A DNA stretch of 64,000 nucleotides from contig BOYQ01000005.1 in the NCBI GenBank assembly GCA_019651595.1, positions 13,456 through 77,455 on the forward strand, written 5' to 3'. This document shows positions 32,352-42,806 of the stretch, piece by piece; position 1 is the first letter of the stretch; every line of letters begins with the position of its first letter. This DNA is from Candidatus Poseidoniales archaeon (GTDB taxonomy: Archaea; Thermoplasmatota; Poseidoniia; Poseidoniales; Poseidoniaceae). The translations under genes and the position numbers were made by a program. A model generated the notes under the pieces. The model searched no databases and was not told the DNA's origin. It saw only the letters and a program-made list of their open reading frames with translations.

Positions 32352-32894
32352 TCAAATACGTTCCACGAACAGACCGCGCTCCGTGAAGACGCCCTTCCAG
32401 TACACGGCAGCCATGGCCACCATGTTGGGGTGCCGGGCATCGGCAACGATGCACTTCCCGTTGGGCCAAAGTTGCACGGTGAGGCTGTGGCGTGTGTCGG
32501 TCAAGGTGGTGCATCCCAAACGAGCGTCGTATTCAGCGGAACCCGACGGGAGGGTGGCAGGGATGGCTTCGAGGTTGACGGCTTGTTCGAACTGGAACGA
32601 GACCACCACGGGGCCCATCTCGGCGACCAAGCCGCTGTCATCCATGCCCATGCGAAGAAGCAGTTCTTTCGCAGCGGCACGAGCAGCCTCAACGCGGTGG
32701 GTGCCGTGAACAACAATGCGACCCATCTCATCGATGACAAGGGTGGCTCGTGGTCGTTCCATGGCTTTGATGACCACGCCGCTGTTTCGCTGGCCACCAA
32801 CCTCCGCCACCACGCGATCGTGGTCGAGGGGAGTGGGACAGACGAACCGAACGAGTTGGTTTTCAACCCGAACATCGATGCTGCCGGTCGCCAT
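32352..32894 (-). CDS. Divergent TATA-binding-protein-like protein
   Basis: 180 aa with two TBP-like repeats: VRVEN...PRATLVIDEMGRIVVHG and VNLE...EYD...LWPNGKCIV. Confidence 0.65.
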   Translation of the reverse strand: MATGSIDVRVENQLVRFVCPTPLDHDRVVAEVGGQRNSGVVIKAMERPRATLVIDEMGRIVVHGTHRVEAARAAAKELLLRMGMDDSGLVAEMGPVVVSFQFEQAVNLEAIPATLPSGSAEYDARLGCTTLTDTRHSLTVQLWPNGKCIVADARHPNMVAMAAVYWKGVFTERGLFVERI

Positions 32895-32895
32895 T

Positions 32896-33696
32896 TCACG
32901 CTTCCTCCAAGAGGGACGAGTCGCTGGCCGTTGATGAAATCTCCTCCACCGCTCGATTTGCTTCCAAGGCCATCACCATCGCCCTGGCATGGGGCTGATG
33001 AACCACCAGCAACAGCGTCGCCTCGTCGCCCAAAAGGGTGCGCAGCGAAGCCAAGGCTCCTCGAATCCTCGCAGCGTACCTTGCGTTCCGACGTTCGGCC
33101 AGGGCCGGGGTGCTCAGCCATTCGGAGAGTTCCCACCAGGCGGCGGTCAGGACGCTGGCCGTCGAATAGTCAACGGATTGACCCTTTGGCGGTGGTTGGG
33201 CGTGGAACAAATGACGCTTGAGGCTCTTTTTCCATCGCTTTCCAACGCGCACCATGCCCAGCAATTTTCGCCAGTGAGACACGGCCTTCGCCTCTTGGGT
33301 CAAGTAGTCACCCCAGTCTTCGTCGTCGGCGAGCGGTTCGATGAAAAACACCGGGCGGTCGTGGCGGTCAGCGTTGCGCTGGAGACGACGCGGTTCAGGG
33401 TCTGGAAAGCGACCGCCCTGCAAGTCTTCCAGCGTCTCGATGCCTTCCACGTACTTGCCAAAAGCGCCACCCGATAGCAAGGCGTGGGTGAGGTTGATGC
33501 CTTCGGATTCGGCTTCGTCGGCTTCTTCCTGAGCCCACAAATCAACGATGTCCGGCGACTCAAGCAAGGCCAATCCGTGCCAGGTGGCTCGGGGCCGCAT
33601 GGCGTTGGGGTACACCACGGTGGGCATCGTTCCGTGAACGATCACCTTCCCGCCATCAGGGTCCTCCCAGACCGCATCGGTCCACAACGAGGACAT
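32896..33696 (-). CDS. Hypothetical protein
   Basis: 266-aa ORF tightly packed in a minus-strand operon. Confidence 0.75.
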   Translation of the reverse strand: MSSLWTDAVWEDPDGGKVIVHGTMPTVVYPNAMRPRATWHGLALLESPDIVDLWAQEEADEAESEGINLTHALLSGGAFGKYVEGIETLEDLQGGRFPDPEPRRLQRNADRHDRPVFFIEPLADDEDWGDYLTQEAKAVSHWRKLLGMVRVGKRWKKSLKRHLFHAQPPPKGQSVDYSTASVLTAAWWELSEWLSTPALAERRNARYAARIRGALASLRTLLGDEATLLLVVHQPHARAMVMALEANRAVEEISSTASDSSLLEEA

Positions 33697-33705
33697 GCGG
33701 TTGCC

Positions 33706-36700
33706 TCACTGGTTGTTGACCCAATCCTGAAGCGATTCAACGGTCCAGCCTTGGTCAAAGTAGCCTTGAATCTCCTCTTGGCTCCACTGGGGGAACTGTT
33801 GCATGGCTCGCGCCATTTCGGGATCGACATCTGCAGGAATCTGGGCAAGTACCTTGCTCTCACCGTAGCCTTCGTCGTCGTCTTCTTCCTCGTACTCCTC
33901 ATCGAGCATCGATGAGCCACCGCCTCGGCGAGCGAGCACGAAGACGAGGGTCCCGAGAACACCGATGACGGCGACCAGGATGACAACAATGAGCAACAGG
34001 TTGGAACTGTCTTCTTCCGCTTGGACCTTGACGTTGAACACGTCAGCCCACTGGCCTTGAGAACCGTCGTAGATACTCTCGCTTGAGCCGTTCAGGCTGA
34101 TGGTGTAGTACATCCCGGTGGTCTGTGCGGCAAACGGTGCGAGGGTGACGTCAACCCAATCGCTCACTTCTTGGATGCCCAGTTCAGGCACGGTGACCGT
34201 GTCTTCTACGACGGGCGTGCCGCTGTCGGTGACCGACTTGATGACCAATTCAGCGACCCCGGCCATGGAACCGGTGTTCTTGACCTTGATGCGGAGCTTC
34301 ATGCTCTCACCGACACGGGGGTCCTCGCTCAGGAGAACGTCCTGAATCTCGAATGTGGCCTTCTCTTCAATGAAGGTGTATTCCGATTTGTGCTGGGCTT
34401 GGCCGGAGAAGATCGGCAAGACGCTGCCGTCTTCCTGAGGGCCACCGCCCAAGCGAACCGTTGAACCGGCCGAGTCGGCACCCGAGATCCAGAACACCAG
34501 CGTGGGCTGGTTGGCTTCGTTGACCTCGGCGTCAAAGACACGTGGCTCGTTGTCGGACAGGGGCCACAGGTCGAGGCAGGTCGCCGATGCAAGGTAGCCA
34601 CCGCTGAGGGTGCTCAGCGACAAGGTAGCGGATGAGGGTTCAAACCCGAAGTATTCGGCGTATTCAGACCACGGCGTGTAGTCGATGGTGTTGCTGTAGA
34701 ACATCCAATTCACCTGCAAGTCGCCGGGGAACATGGCTTCCTGTTCCTTGATTTGAGCCTGAATGTCAACGCAGTGGTAGTTGGCGGTCGACAGGGTGTT
34801 GGCGATGATGCGGTCGTTGGCGCCGGTGGGCAGAGCACCTTTCTCAGCGAGCCAGGTGTTGGCCAACACCTCGGGCGGCGTCCGGTCAACCTTCAGCGTG
34901 AACTCGCCGCACCCGTAGGAGGTGGACGTGGCGCAAAGGGCGGCCGTGAAGTCTTCTGCGCCTGCTGGCAAATTGATCAGACGGTAGGTGTAGGTGTACT
35001 CGTTGGTGAACACCGGTGCGGTGATGTTGATGTCAAAGACACCGCCGGTGAACGAATGGGTGATGACTTCTCCGGGTGTTGCGATGTAGCCCTTGTTGAA
35101 ATCTTCAGACGCATCCTGCCGAGTAATTTCCATGGTCAATTCGACTTCAGGGTTGATGTAGACGCTGTCAAAGATACCCTCGCGGAAGGCAAATTGTCCC
35201 GCAAAGCGAACGGTATCGCCCGCGAAGATGAACCCTTCACGCACGTCGCTGGTGAACGGGTCGCTGACGTCCTCAAACATGGGCGTGACCATCAGGTTGT
35301 TGACCTCATCCGTGCGGAAGTCGAGCTGGATGCCGTCGCTGTATCGCCAAATCTGGATGTAGCGGCCGGGGACACCGGACAGCATCGTGTAGAGCGGGTT
35401 GTCAAGGTCTTGCATTTGGAGTCGCGGTTCGATGTCCTTTCCGTCAAGTCCAACGATGCCCCAGTCGATTCGAATGGGGATGTCAAGGATGAAGTCGGAT
35501 TCGAACGGGTCGATAAGGGCCGTGCCGTCCATGGTCAGCATGGACGGTGCCACGTCTTCATCTTCGACGATTTCGATGTGGGGGCTGTCGGTCCAAGCGG
35601 TCTGGTTGCGTGGGAAGTACCAGACGGTCATGTCGTCAGCGGTCTTGTCCAAGTTGACCTGGAAGAAGTCCACGTCTCGCCAACCGTTGTCGTCGCTGGC
35701 TTCCAAAACGAGGTGGTAGGTGTTCCCGGCGTACATGGTTTGGTTCCACGTGCCGTCCCACTGAAGTTCGTTTGAGTTGAGGAAACCGCTTCCCTTCGAG
35801 TCTTCGATGAAGAAGTTGCGAATCACCGGCGTCTTGGACGACATGGACACGTAGGTGACCTGGTCGTTGTCGAAGCCAGGTCCACCGCCGTTGATCGGGT
35901 TTCCAGCGAGGTCGTAGCCCTCGATCCACAAGGACACCTTACCCTCCAGACCTTCGTTGGCCAAATCGTTGTAATTTCCGGAGTAGTTGGCCGTGGGAGC
36001 CTCTCCGTCGCCGTTCAAGGTCAGCGTGATGTACTCGTCAGCATCGGGCAAACCGTCGCTGTTGGCGTCGTGGTCGTTCTCAACCCAGAGGTGGAGGTCG
36101 AGGCTCGCTGGTGGGCTGGGCAGGTCTTGGCTGGCCATGCGGATTTGCTGATTGGCCTGCGGGACCACCCACGTGTCGTCGACCAGGGTTCGCCAGTTCG
36201 AGTCCACGTTGGCGTCGGTTCCAGGACTGAGCACTTGGATATCGAGGAGGTTGGGCTCGTAGGTGTCGATGGTGATGTCGAACGGAATGGCACAGGTTTC
36301 GTCGGGGTTGTATTGCGACGGAGGGCACAGCAGGTCGCCGCCTTCGTAGCCACGGACGGCGAAGCGGTAGGTCTCGCTGCCGGCTACGGCGCCAAGATCA
36401 ACGTTCCAGTTGAAGTCCCCGCCGATCACACCGGAGCGGTTGGCGACCTCTTCCCACTCGACGGTGATGTTGCCGTCGGTGGTGTTCACGTGCTTGAGTT
36501 CGAGCACGAGGAAGTAAGCGCTGGGGTCTGGAGCCTCGTTGAGGTCCTGAAGGCGAATCTGGCCGATGAGGTTGATGTCTTGACCCGATTCCGCGCCGCT
36601 CAGGGACTGCGGGGCGCCGATGCTGTTCTGCAGTTCGAAGGACGTGATGCCCGCATCGTTTTCGACGGCATTACCAACCGAGGGGTCGAGGAGCACGGCG

Positions 36701-39576
36701 TCGGGCAACCCGTTCACACCGTTGTTGGCGGTCAGGCCAGCGTACATGCGAACGGCGGATGTGTCGTCCCACGAGGGGTTCACGCGGAAATGCCACGTAA
36801 TCTGCTTCCCGTTGGTGATGTCGGCCACGGAGGACGTGGATTCAAGCTGCACGTGGTCGTGCTCATCGGTGGCCTCAGCGAACGACATGAATTCACTCCA
36901 CGAGAACTTGATGAAGCCGGTTTCGGACTCGAACGTCAACCACGCTTCGGACAGGGCTGCACCGGTCAAGGGGTCGACGGCGTGGGTGGTGACGACTTCG
37001 TAGATGTCGCCGTTGGGGTACAGGCCGACCGGGCTGTCGGTCAGACTCAGGGTGTTGGTGTAGCCGGTGCTGGAGGACACGCTGAGGTCGCTCAGTGAGA
37101 CTCCGCCGCCCGAATCGGTGTAAACGGCGATGGGGACGGTGGCGGTTGCTCCACCCGTCCAAAGGGCGATGCCTTGGTTCAGTTCGATGTCGAAGCCGTC
37201 GGTTTCGTCGATGACGGTCGAGTAGTCGTAGACGATGTCGAGGTCAACGATGTCGAGCGACGTGCCAGAGGAAGCGTTGGGCGAGTCAACCATGAACCGG
37301 AACATGACCCAGTAGCGGCCAAATTCGTCTTGATGCGTACCAGCCACGGAGGGGTTGGTCAGCAGGCTGTTGAGCGCCCCGGTGAAGTCCATGGGTTGGT
37401 TGAGCATCTCTTGGACGAGAACGGTGCTGTTGGGCATGTCGCCGAGCACCACTGCTTGGGAACCCGCCATGAGCGTGAGTTCGAAGCCTTCGGTCGGGTC
37501 GCTGTTGGAGCGAACCGAGATTTGGTCCATCCCAAAGTCTGCGGCGGTCACTTCAGCCCCCTCGGGGAGAAGGAAGAAGCCACCGGTGGCTTGACCGCTC
37601 ACACCGAGGGTCAGCGTCGCATCGTCAGCGGCGTAGTTCACACCGTCAACGGTTCCGGAAACGAAGGTGGTTTGCCGTCCGAACATGTCGAAGGCCGGTT
37701 CGGTGAACCCGTAGTCAACGTCGCCGTCATCGGCCACGTCAATTTCGAGATGGCTGGCATGGTGACCGAATTCGAGGTCGAACCAGATACCGCCCACGTC
37801 ACAGGCGCCCTGATAGGAGGTGACGGCGTTGAACCCAAACATCGGTGGTGAAAAGATGGTCTGGACGCCGTCTTCCACGGAAATGCTGGTGGTTTGACCG
37901 GTCGGTGTGACTTCGATCGAGGGTGATTCGGTGCAGTCGTCCTGAATCATTGGCGTCATCGCCGTGATGGGGTAGCTGAACTTGCTCCGCTCCAGCACGG
38001 GCGAGTAGGCGTGGCGCTGAACGTTAGGTACGTAGATCATCGGCTCTCCTCCGCCCATGGTCTGCCAAACACCGCCGTCAATTTGGACCGGTCCGATGGC
38101 CGAGAAGTTGAACCCGGTTCCCACGCGGGTACCGATGCTGAACCCGTGAAGGACGGGGGTTGACAGGCGGTCAGGTCCAGAGTCAAAGTTGAATTTCAGG
38201 TTGACCGCTCGGTAGTCCCTGGTGTCAATGTTCCAGAGTTCGATGATGTCGCCGGACAGGCCGGTCATCACCGACCCGTCTTTGCCGGTGACGGGGTTGT
38301 TGTTCGTGTCGAGAACGTCAACCGTCAGCGTGGCCGAGAGGGAAGTCTCGGCTTCCAAGGCAAGAATGCCGTAGCCGTTGGGGTGGTTTTCACCGCCCAG
38401 TGTTGAGGGCGTCATGCCGCGAACGGTCATGCTGGCGCTCTGGGGCAAAAGGTCGCCCAAGCGGAAGTTGTCGACGTACCAGCCGGACATGTTGTCGTCG
38501 ATGTTCATGGCGGGACGAGCCGTGTGGTGGAGCACAAAGCGGATCTGCACGTACTCGTCGATGTAGTCCGTCAGGTCGACAGCAAGGTTGGTCCAGCCCG
38601 TGGGGTTTTGTGCCGTGGTTGAGGAACCGGCGAGGCCCCACTCCCACTGACTACCGTTTTGCAGGCCGCCGCAGTTGCTGGTGATCTTGCCGTCCCAGTT
38701 GCTGCCGAAGCCACCGCCCTGAGCATAGCTCGTGCCGTAAACCAGACCGGTGCTGGCTTGCTGGTCGATGGCGATGTAGTCAAAACCGCTGTTGTCGGGA
38801 GGGAAGCCGGGGTTGGGCGAGGAGCGAATTTCAAGGTAGCCGCAGTCGGAAAATCGCTTGGTGTTGGGTTGAGAGCCGGTGGACGTCTCGAGGTTGTGCC
38901 AGGAGTCAAAGTAGGCGGTCTTGCTCTTGAGGAGCGGGTCAACGAACAATTCTGCGCTGGTCATGGAGACCACGAAGGGCATGTAGGAAGGTGGCGTGTT
39001 GCCGTCGTCGTTGTCGTCGGTGTAGTTGGTGTCGGCCAGGTTGGTTCCCCAGCACTCTTGTCCGGAGGCGCAGCCACCCGGAATGTCGGTGGTGGAAAGC
39101 GAGCCGTGTTCCCAGCCGATGCCGCTTGACGGCATGCTGGCCGGGTCGGTAGAATCAGTGAATCCTGCGGTCGTGCCTTCGAAGTCGGTGAGGAAGCCTT
39201 CGGAGATCAGGGAGACAGGGGTGGCTTGGGTGCCGTCCTCGTACTGGAAGAGCGATTCATCGGAAAATTCCGTCAGCTGGTTGTTGTATTGAGGGTTCCA
39301 AACACGCTGCGTCGTCTCCAAATCAATGCGGGACTGGTGGCCGTGCTCCACGGCATGGGTGTGAACGGTCATGCTGGCGCTGGTCACCGTTTCACCGTCC
39401 GGCAGTTCCACGGCCCCGTCGACGAGGTTTTGCAAGTCGTTGCCGTCTCGAATTTCGACGTCAACGCTCTCGTTTCCGTCAGCAAACGTCGTCACGTTAG
39501 CGGAAGCAAAAGGAGCGAGAAGCATCAACAACATCAAGAAAATTGGCTTGGTTTTCGGGTGTGTTTGATTTGACAT
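33706..39576 (-). CDS. Very large acidic secreted/cell-surface protein with C-terminal TM and short cytoplasmic domain
   Basis: 1956 aa; signal peptide; GWEHG..CWGT and SGWYVD motifs; CARDB-like VKNTG; TM followed by RR and an acidic tail. Confidence 0.85.
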   Translation of the reverse strand: MSNQTHPKTKPIFLMLLMLLAPFASANVTTFADGNESVDVEIRDGNDLQNLVDGAVELPDGETVTSASMTVHTHAVEHGHQSRIDLETTQRVWNPQYNNQLTEFSDESLFQYEDGTQATPVSLISEGFLTDFEGTTAGFTDSTDPASMPSSGIGWEHGSLSTTDIPGGCASGQECWGTNLADTNYTDDNDDGNTPPSYMPFVVSMTSAELFVDPLLKSKTAYFDSWHNLETSTGSQPNTKRFSDCGYLEIRSSPNPGFPPDNSGFDYIAIDQQASTGLVYGTSYAQGGGFGSNWDGKITSNCGGLQNGSQWEWGLAGSSTTAQNPTGWTNLAVDLTDYIDEYVQIRFVLHHTARPAMNIDDNMSGWYVDNFRLGDLLPQSASMTVRGMTPSTLGGENHPNGYGILALEAETSLSATLTVDVLDTNNNPVTGKDGSVMTGLSGDIIELWNIDTRDYRAVNLKFNFDSGPDRLSTPVLHGFSIGTRVGTGFNFSAIGPVQIDGGVWQTMGGGEPMIYVPNVQRHAYSPVLERSKFSYPITAMTPMIQDDCTESPSIEVTPTGQTTSISVEDGVQTIFSPPMFGFNAVTSYQGACDVGGIWFDLEFGHHASHLEIDVADDGDVDYGFTEPAFDMFGRQTTFVSGTVDGVNYAADDATLTLGVSGQATGGFFLLPEGAEVTAADFGMDQISVRSNSDPTEGFELTLMAGSQAVVLGDMPNSTVLVQEMLNQPMDFTGALNSLLTNPSVAGTHQDEFGRYWVMFRFMVDSPNASSGTSLDIVDLDIVYDYSTVIDETDGFDIELNQGIALWTGGATATVPIAVYTDSGGGVSLSDLSVSSSTGYTNTLSLTDSPVGLYPNGDIYEVVTTHAVDPLTGAALSEAWLTFESETGFIKFSWSEFMSFAEATDEHDHVQLESTSSVADITNGKQITWHFRVNPSWDDTSAVRMYAGLTANNGVNGLPDAVLLDPSVGNAVENDAGITSFELQNSIGAPQSLSGAESGQDINLIGQIRLQDLNEAPDPSAYFLVLELKHVNTTDGNITVEWEEVANRSGVIGGDFNWNVDLGAVAGSETYRFAVRGYEGGDLLCPPSQYNPDETCAIPFDITIDTYEPNLLDIQVLSPGTDANVDSNWRTLVDDTWVVPQANQQIRMASQDLPSPPASLDLHLWVENDHDANSDGLPDADEYITLTLNGDGEAPTANYSGNYNDLANEGLEGKVSLWIEGYDLAGNPINGGGPGFDNDQVTYVSMSSKTPVIRNFFIEDSKGSGFLNSNELQWDGTWNQTMYAGNTYHLVLEASDDNGWRDVDFFQVNLDKTADDMTVWYFPRNQTAWTDSPHIEIVEDEDVAPSMLTMDGTALIDPFESDFILDIPIRIDWGIVGLDGKDIEPRLQMQDLDNPLYTMLSGVPGRYIQIWRYSDGIQLDFRTDEVNNLMVTPMFEDVSDPFTSDVREGFIFAGDTVRFAGQFAFREGIFDSVYINPEVELTMEITRQDASEDFNKGYIATPGEVITHSFTGGVFDINITAPVFTNEYTYTYRLINLPAGAEDFTAALCATSTSYGCGEFTLKVDRTPPEVLANTWLAEKGALPTGANDRIIANTLSTANYHCVDIQAQIKEQEAMFPGDLQVNWMFYSNTIDYTPWSEYAEYFGFEPSSATLSLSTLSGGYLASATCLDLWPLSDNEPRVFDAEVNEANQPTLVFWISGADSAGSTVRLGGGPQEDGSVLPIFSGQAQHKSEYTFIEEKATFEIQDVLLSEDPRVGESMKLRIKVKNTGSMAGVAELVIKSVTDSGTPVVEDTVTVPELGIQEVSDWVDVTLAPFAAQTTGMYYTISLNGSSESIYDGSQGQWADVFNVKVQAEEDSSNLLLIVVILVAVIGVLGTLVFVLARRGGGSSMLDEEYEEEDDDEGYGESKVLAQIPADVDPEMARAMQQFPQWSQEEIQGYFDQGWTVESLQDWVNNQ

Positions 39577-39707
39577 GGTGTCACCTGCGCCCTTGCGAAG
39601 GTTTGTCCCCCTAAAATCTCGTCGCTTTCAAGACATCCTCGTCGTTTCGGCCCCTTGTCCCTCAAGCGGTGAACATGAGTTATGAGGGTGAACGGGTTGG
39701 AAGCGGC

Positions 39708-40178
39708 ATGGAGCCTTACTCAACCGAGCCCGTGACCCTCATCGAAGAAGTGTTTCCGCAGGACACCAACGCCTACAACACCCTGTTTGGTGGACGGCTC
39801 CTGTCCCTGATGGACAAAGCGGGCGGCATCGCATGCGCTAAATTCGCCCATCGAGAGTTCGTCACCATCTCCATCGACACCCTGACGTTCATTGCGCCCG
39901 CCCGCCAAGGCGATCTCCTCGAAGTGTCCGGTCAAGTGGTCTACACGAGCAGTCATACCGCCTGCACGAAGGTGACCGCCTACACCATGAGCAAAGCCAC
40001 CTGGGAGAAGAGCATCATCTGCGAGGGCTACTTCTTCTTCGTCGCCATCGACTCCATGATGCGCCCCATCCCGGTGCCGCAGTTCACGCCGCACACCGAG
40101 GAGGAACACACCGAGTGGGAGAAGGCGAAAGCCATTCGGGAGAACATGCTTGCCCAGAAAGCGAAACGAGAAGCCTGA
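39708..40178 (+). CDS. Acyl-CoA thioesterase (hotdog fold, YciA-like)
   Basis: VFPQDTNAYNTLFGGRLLSLMD and FFFVAID motifs. Confidence 0.92.
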   Translation: MEPYSTEPVTLIEEVFPQDTNAYNTLFGGRLLSLMDKAGGIACAKFAHREFVTISIDTLTFIAPARQGDLLEVSGQVVYTSSHTACTKVTAYTMSKATWEKSIICEGYFFFVAIDSMMRPIPVPQFTPHTEEEHTEWEKAKAIRENMLAQKAKREA

Positions 40179-40218
40179 CCACCCATTGTTTCTTCAAGCG
40201 CTGGCATCTCGGCGTCGC

Positions 40219-41243
40219 ATGGTCGTGCTCAACATCGCCGTCATCGCCTCAGACGAACTCGCTCGGAGCATCGCCAAGGCGGCCGACCAGCGCGACGTTC
40301 ACACCTACGTCCACAAAGAGAACGGCCCAAAAGGCGCGCGAATTCTCTCGCTCATCCGCCCCGCAAAGTACCCCGAACGGCTCCCGCCGTTTCTCAACGC
40401 CCTGTCCACCTCGCAGGCCGGTATCATCGAAATCACGACCGTGGACGCCTCCCTCGGCGAAGTGCTGGTCGCCTTCGCCAGTGCCGGCATCAAGCGAGGT
40501 TTGGCCGTGGTGAACCCGCCTGATGGTGGATGGGTGGACGAAGATCAGGTCCAGATGCTGTTCAAGCAGGCCGGCCTTGAAGCCTGGACCTTTGAGCGCA
40601 ACGACGGCGTTCACCTTCGAGAGCGGATGTACGCCCTGATGGACGACATCGAGTCCGTGCTTGAGGCGAACGCCGATGCGCCCCTTGTGCTTCCCGTGGA
40701 CCAACACTTCAACGTCAAGGGCATCGGACTGGTGGCCATCGGCTACGTCCAATCCGGGCGCGTCAGCGTCCACGACGAGGTCCTCCTCTTGCCCGCCAAC
40801 GGAACCGGGAACGCCAAGTCGCTCCAGGTCATGGACGACGATGTGGAAGTGGCCAGCGCCGGTGATCGGGTGGGCTTGGCGCTGCGCAACGCCAAAGAAG
40901 ACCATCTCACGGGCGGTACCATCATCGTCCACCCGCCGATTGAAGACAAACGCGCCAACCTCTCGGTCCCCTGGCCGTGGACCAGCACCATCGCTCCAGC
41001 CTCCAGTTGAGCACCTCACCGTTCCAGAAGCGTGTGCTCGCTGCGGGTGATGTCATCCACGCCAGCGTTGACCTTCAGTTCGTGGTGGGGCGGATCAAGG
41101 ACGTCTCGGGGGACACCGTGATCGTTGAATGGGACCAACCCCTGTTCATACGAAAAGAACGCCCGCCATCGGTGCTCATCGCTCAACTTGACTCCAAGCC
41201 ACGGATCATGGGGTCGGCCGTGGTCACCCAACACGAGGCGTGA
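40219..41243 (+). CDS. SelB-like/EF-Tu domain II protein with degenerate G domain (frameshifted)
   Basis: PVDQHFNVKGIGLVAIG, SLQVMD and AGDRVGLAL motifs; the C-terminus continues in ORF 40977-41243. Confidence 0.85.
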
Positions 41244-41333
41244 CGGCGAACGTTCCACCCGTGATTTTTCCCGCGGCGAAGCCGGGTCAACATCGGTGGT
41301 TTGATAACCTCAGACGACCGGCTCGGATGTGGG

Positions 41334-42806
41334 ATGCGCGAGATTGGACAGGCGACTGTACCAACCAGCGAGGCAGACAAGGAAACCTTCCAGTCCCTCC
41401 GGTTGGCAGAGCCCTCAGAACGGGTGAAAATCACCTTGGACGAGCGCATGCTGAGCATCGAGGGGAGGCGGAACGCCACGGTGGACATGCGGCTTCACGC
41501 CATCACCACCATGCGCCATCACTCCACCAACCTCGTCCCAGGGTGGTTGGTCTTCCTCGGGATTGCCCTGGTGTGGATCGGTTACCGTCTCATGGTGCCT
41601 TCAACCTACAAATTGGCGTTCATCGGTGCAGGCGGTTGCCTCATCGGCGCTCGATTCTTGACGCGAAAACCCACCCTCAGCATTCACACCTCATCGGGCG
41701 ACTCGCACGTGCTCTACGGCAATGAACGGGCGTTGAACCGGTTGAGTTTCATGTTCCATCATCTCGCCAACAACCACACGATGGCCGAGGTGCGAGCCAA
41801 GATACAAGCCATCGAAGCCGAGAGCAGCCAAGCGTGGCGGGACGATGTGCTCCCCGCACCCCTTCTTCCCAACCCCCTTGAGGCACCCCAAGCCCTCGAG
41901 CGCTTCCTCGCCGTTGAGGAGGGCACGGAACCCGCAGCCCCGCTGCGAGAGGTTGAACCCGAGTGGATGCCGACGCTCGAACCCGAACCCGTCCAGCAAC
42001 AAGCCGTGGTCGGGTTCATTCCAAGCTTCCAACCCGTTCACGGAACGGTTCAACCCACCGCTTACCCGGCTGACCATCGCCCGGCACCCCTCACCAATCC
42101 CGTGTTGGTGCCTCATCCCACGCCGCCGATGTATCAGGGCCTTCAGCAAAACGGCCCCGGCACCTTCCTTCCCTCGTTCATGAATCAGGACGGCGCTCAC
42201 ATCCCGGGTCATGCGGAAAACGATGACGAGCCCGATGAGCCCGAGGACGACCTCGTGTTGGATGCGGAGATGTTCGAATTCTTGGATGACGAAGATGCGC
42301 CCGCACCCGCCCCACCCGTCGAAGCCCTTCAACCGGTGGAACAGCCCCCCACCTTGCTCAAACCCAGAGCTCGCCCCAGCATCGAGCGCACGCCGTTCCA
42401 CCCGCGTCGGGTCCAGAACCTTCGGCCGAAAAACCACCGCGGTTCAAGCATGCTTTCCCGAATCCGAGCCTCCTCTTCATCCATGCTCGAGCGGGCGTCC
42501 CAAGCCGTGCGCCCCTCGCCGTACGCCACCACGGAAACCTCCGGAGCACTTCGAGAACAAGCCGCCGCCTCCGAGCCCCCCAACCGACCCCAACACGTCA
42601 TGGATTCCTTGTCCATCGAAGAAGGCGGCGTGATGGCGCCCGAAGAAGCCGCCCGGCTCAAGGAACGAGAAGCCATGCTCATGGCCGCCGCCAGCGAAAT
42701 CAGCCGGTCCGAGGAAGGCCGACTTGAGTCCATGTCCTTCAGCGACCTGCGCTCCAGCACCCTCGACGACGAACGTCTCCAACTGCCGCGACTGGACGAC
42801 GACTGA
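41334..42806 (+). CDS. Hypothetical membrane protein (two TM helices, long Pro/acidic disordered tail)
   Basis: Long ORF with two hydrophobic helices followed by low-complexity sequence. Confidence 0.75.
   Translation: MREIGQATVPTSEADKETFQSLRLAEPSERVKITLDERMLSIEGRRNATVDMRLHAITTMRHHSTNLVPGWLVFLGIALVWIGYRLMVPSTYKLAFIGAGGCLIGARFLTRKPTLSIHTSSGDSHVLYGNERALNRLSFMFHHLANNHTMAEVRAKIQAIEAESSQAWRDDVLPAPLLPNPLEAPQALERFLAVEEGTEPAAPLREVEPEWMPTLEPEPVQQQAVVGFIPSFQPVHGTVQPTAYPADHRPAPLTNPVLVPHPTPPMYQGLQQNGPGTFLPSFMNQDGAHIPGHAENDDEPDEPEDDLVLDAEMFEFLDDEDAPAPAPPVEALQPVEQPPTLLKPRARPSIERTPFHPRRVQNLRPKNHRGSSMLSRIRASSSSMLERASQAVRPSPYATTETSGALREQAAASEPPNRPQHVMDSLSIEEGGVMAPEEAARLKEREAMLMAAASEISRSEEGRLESMSFSDLRSSTLDDERLQLPRLDDD

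Noticed and set aside
40219-41243. Selenocysteine system
   Set aside because: No tRNA-Sec, selD, SECIS or in-frame TGA selenoprotein seen; the factor lacks GTPase motifs.
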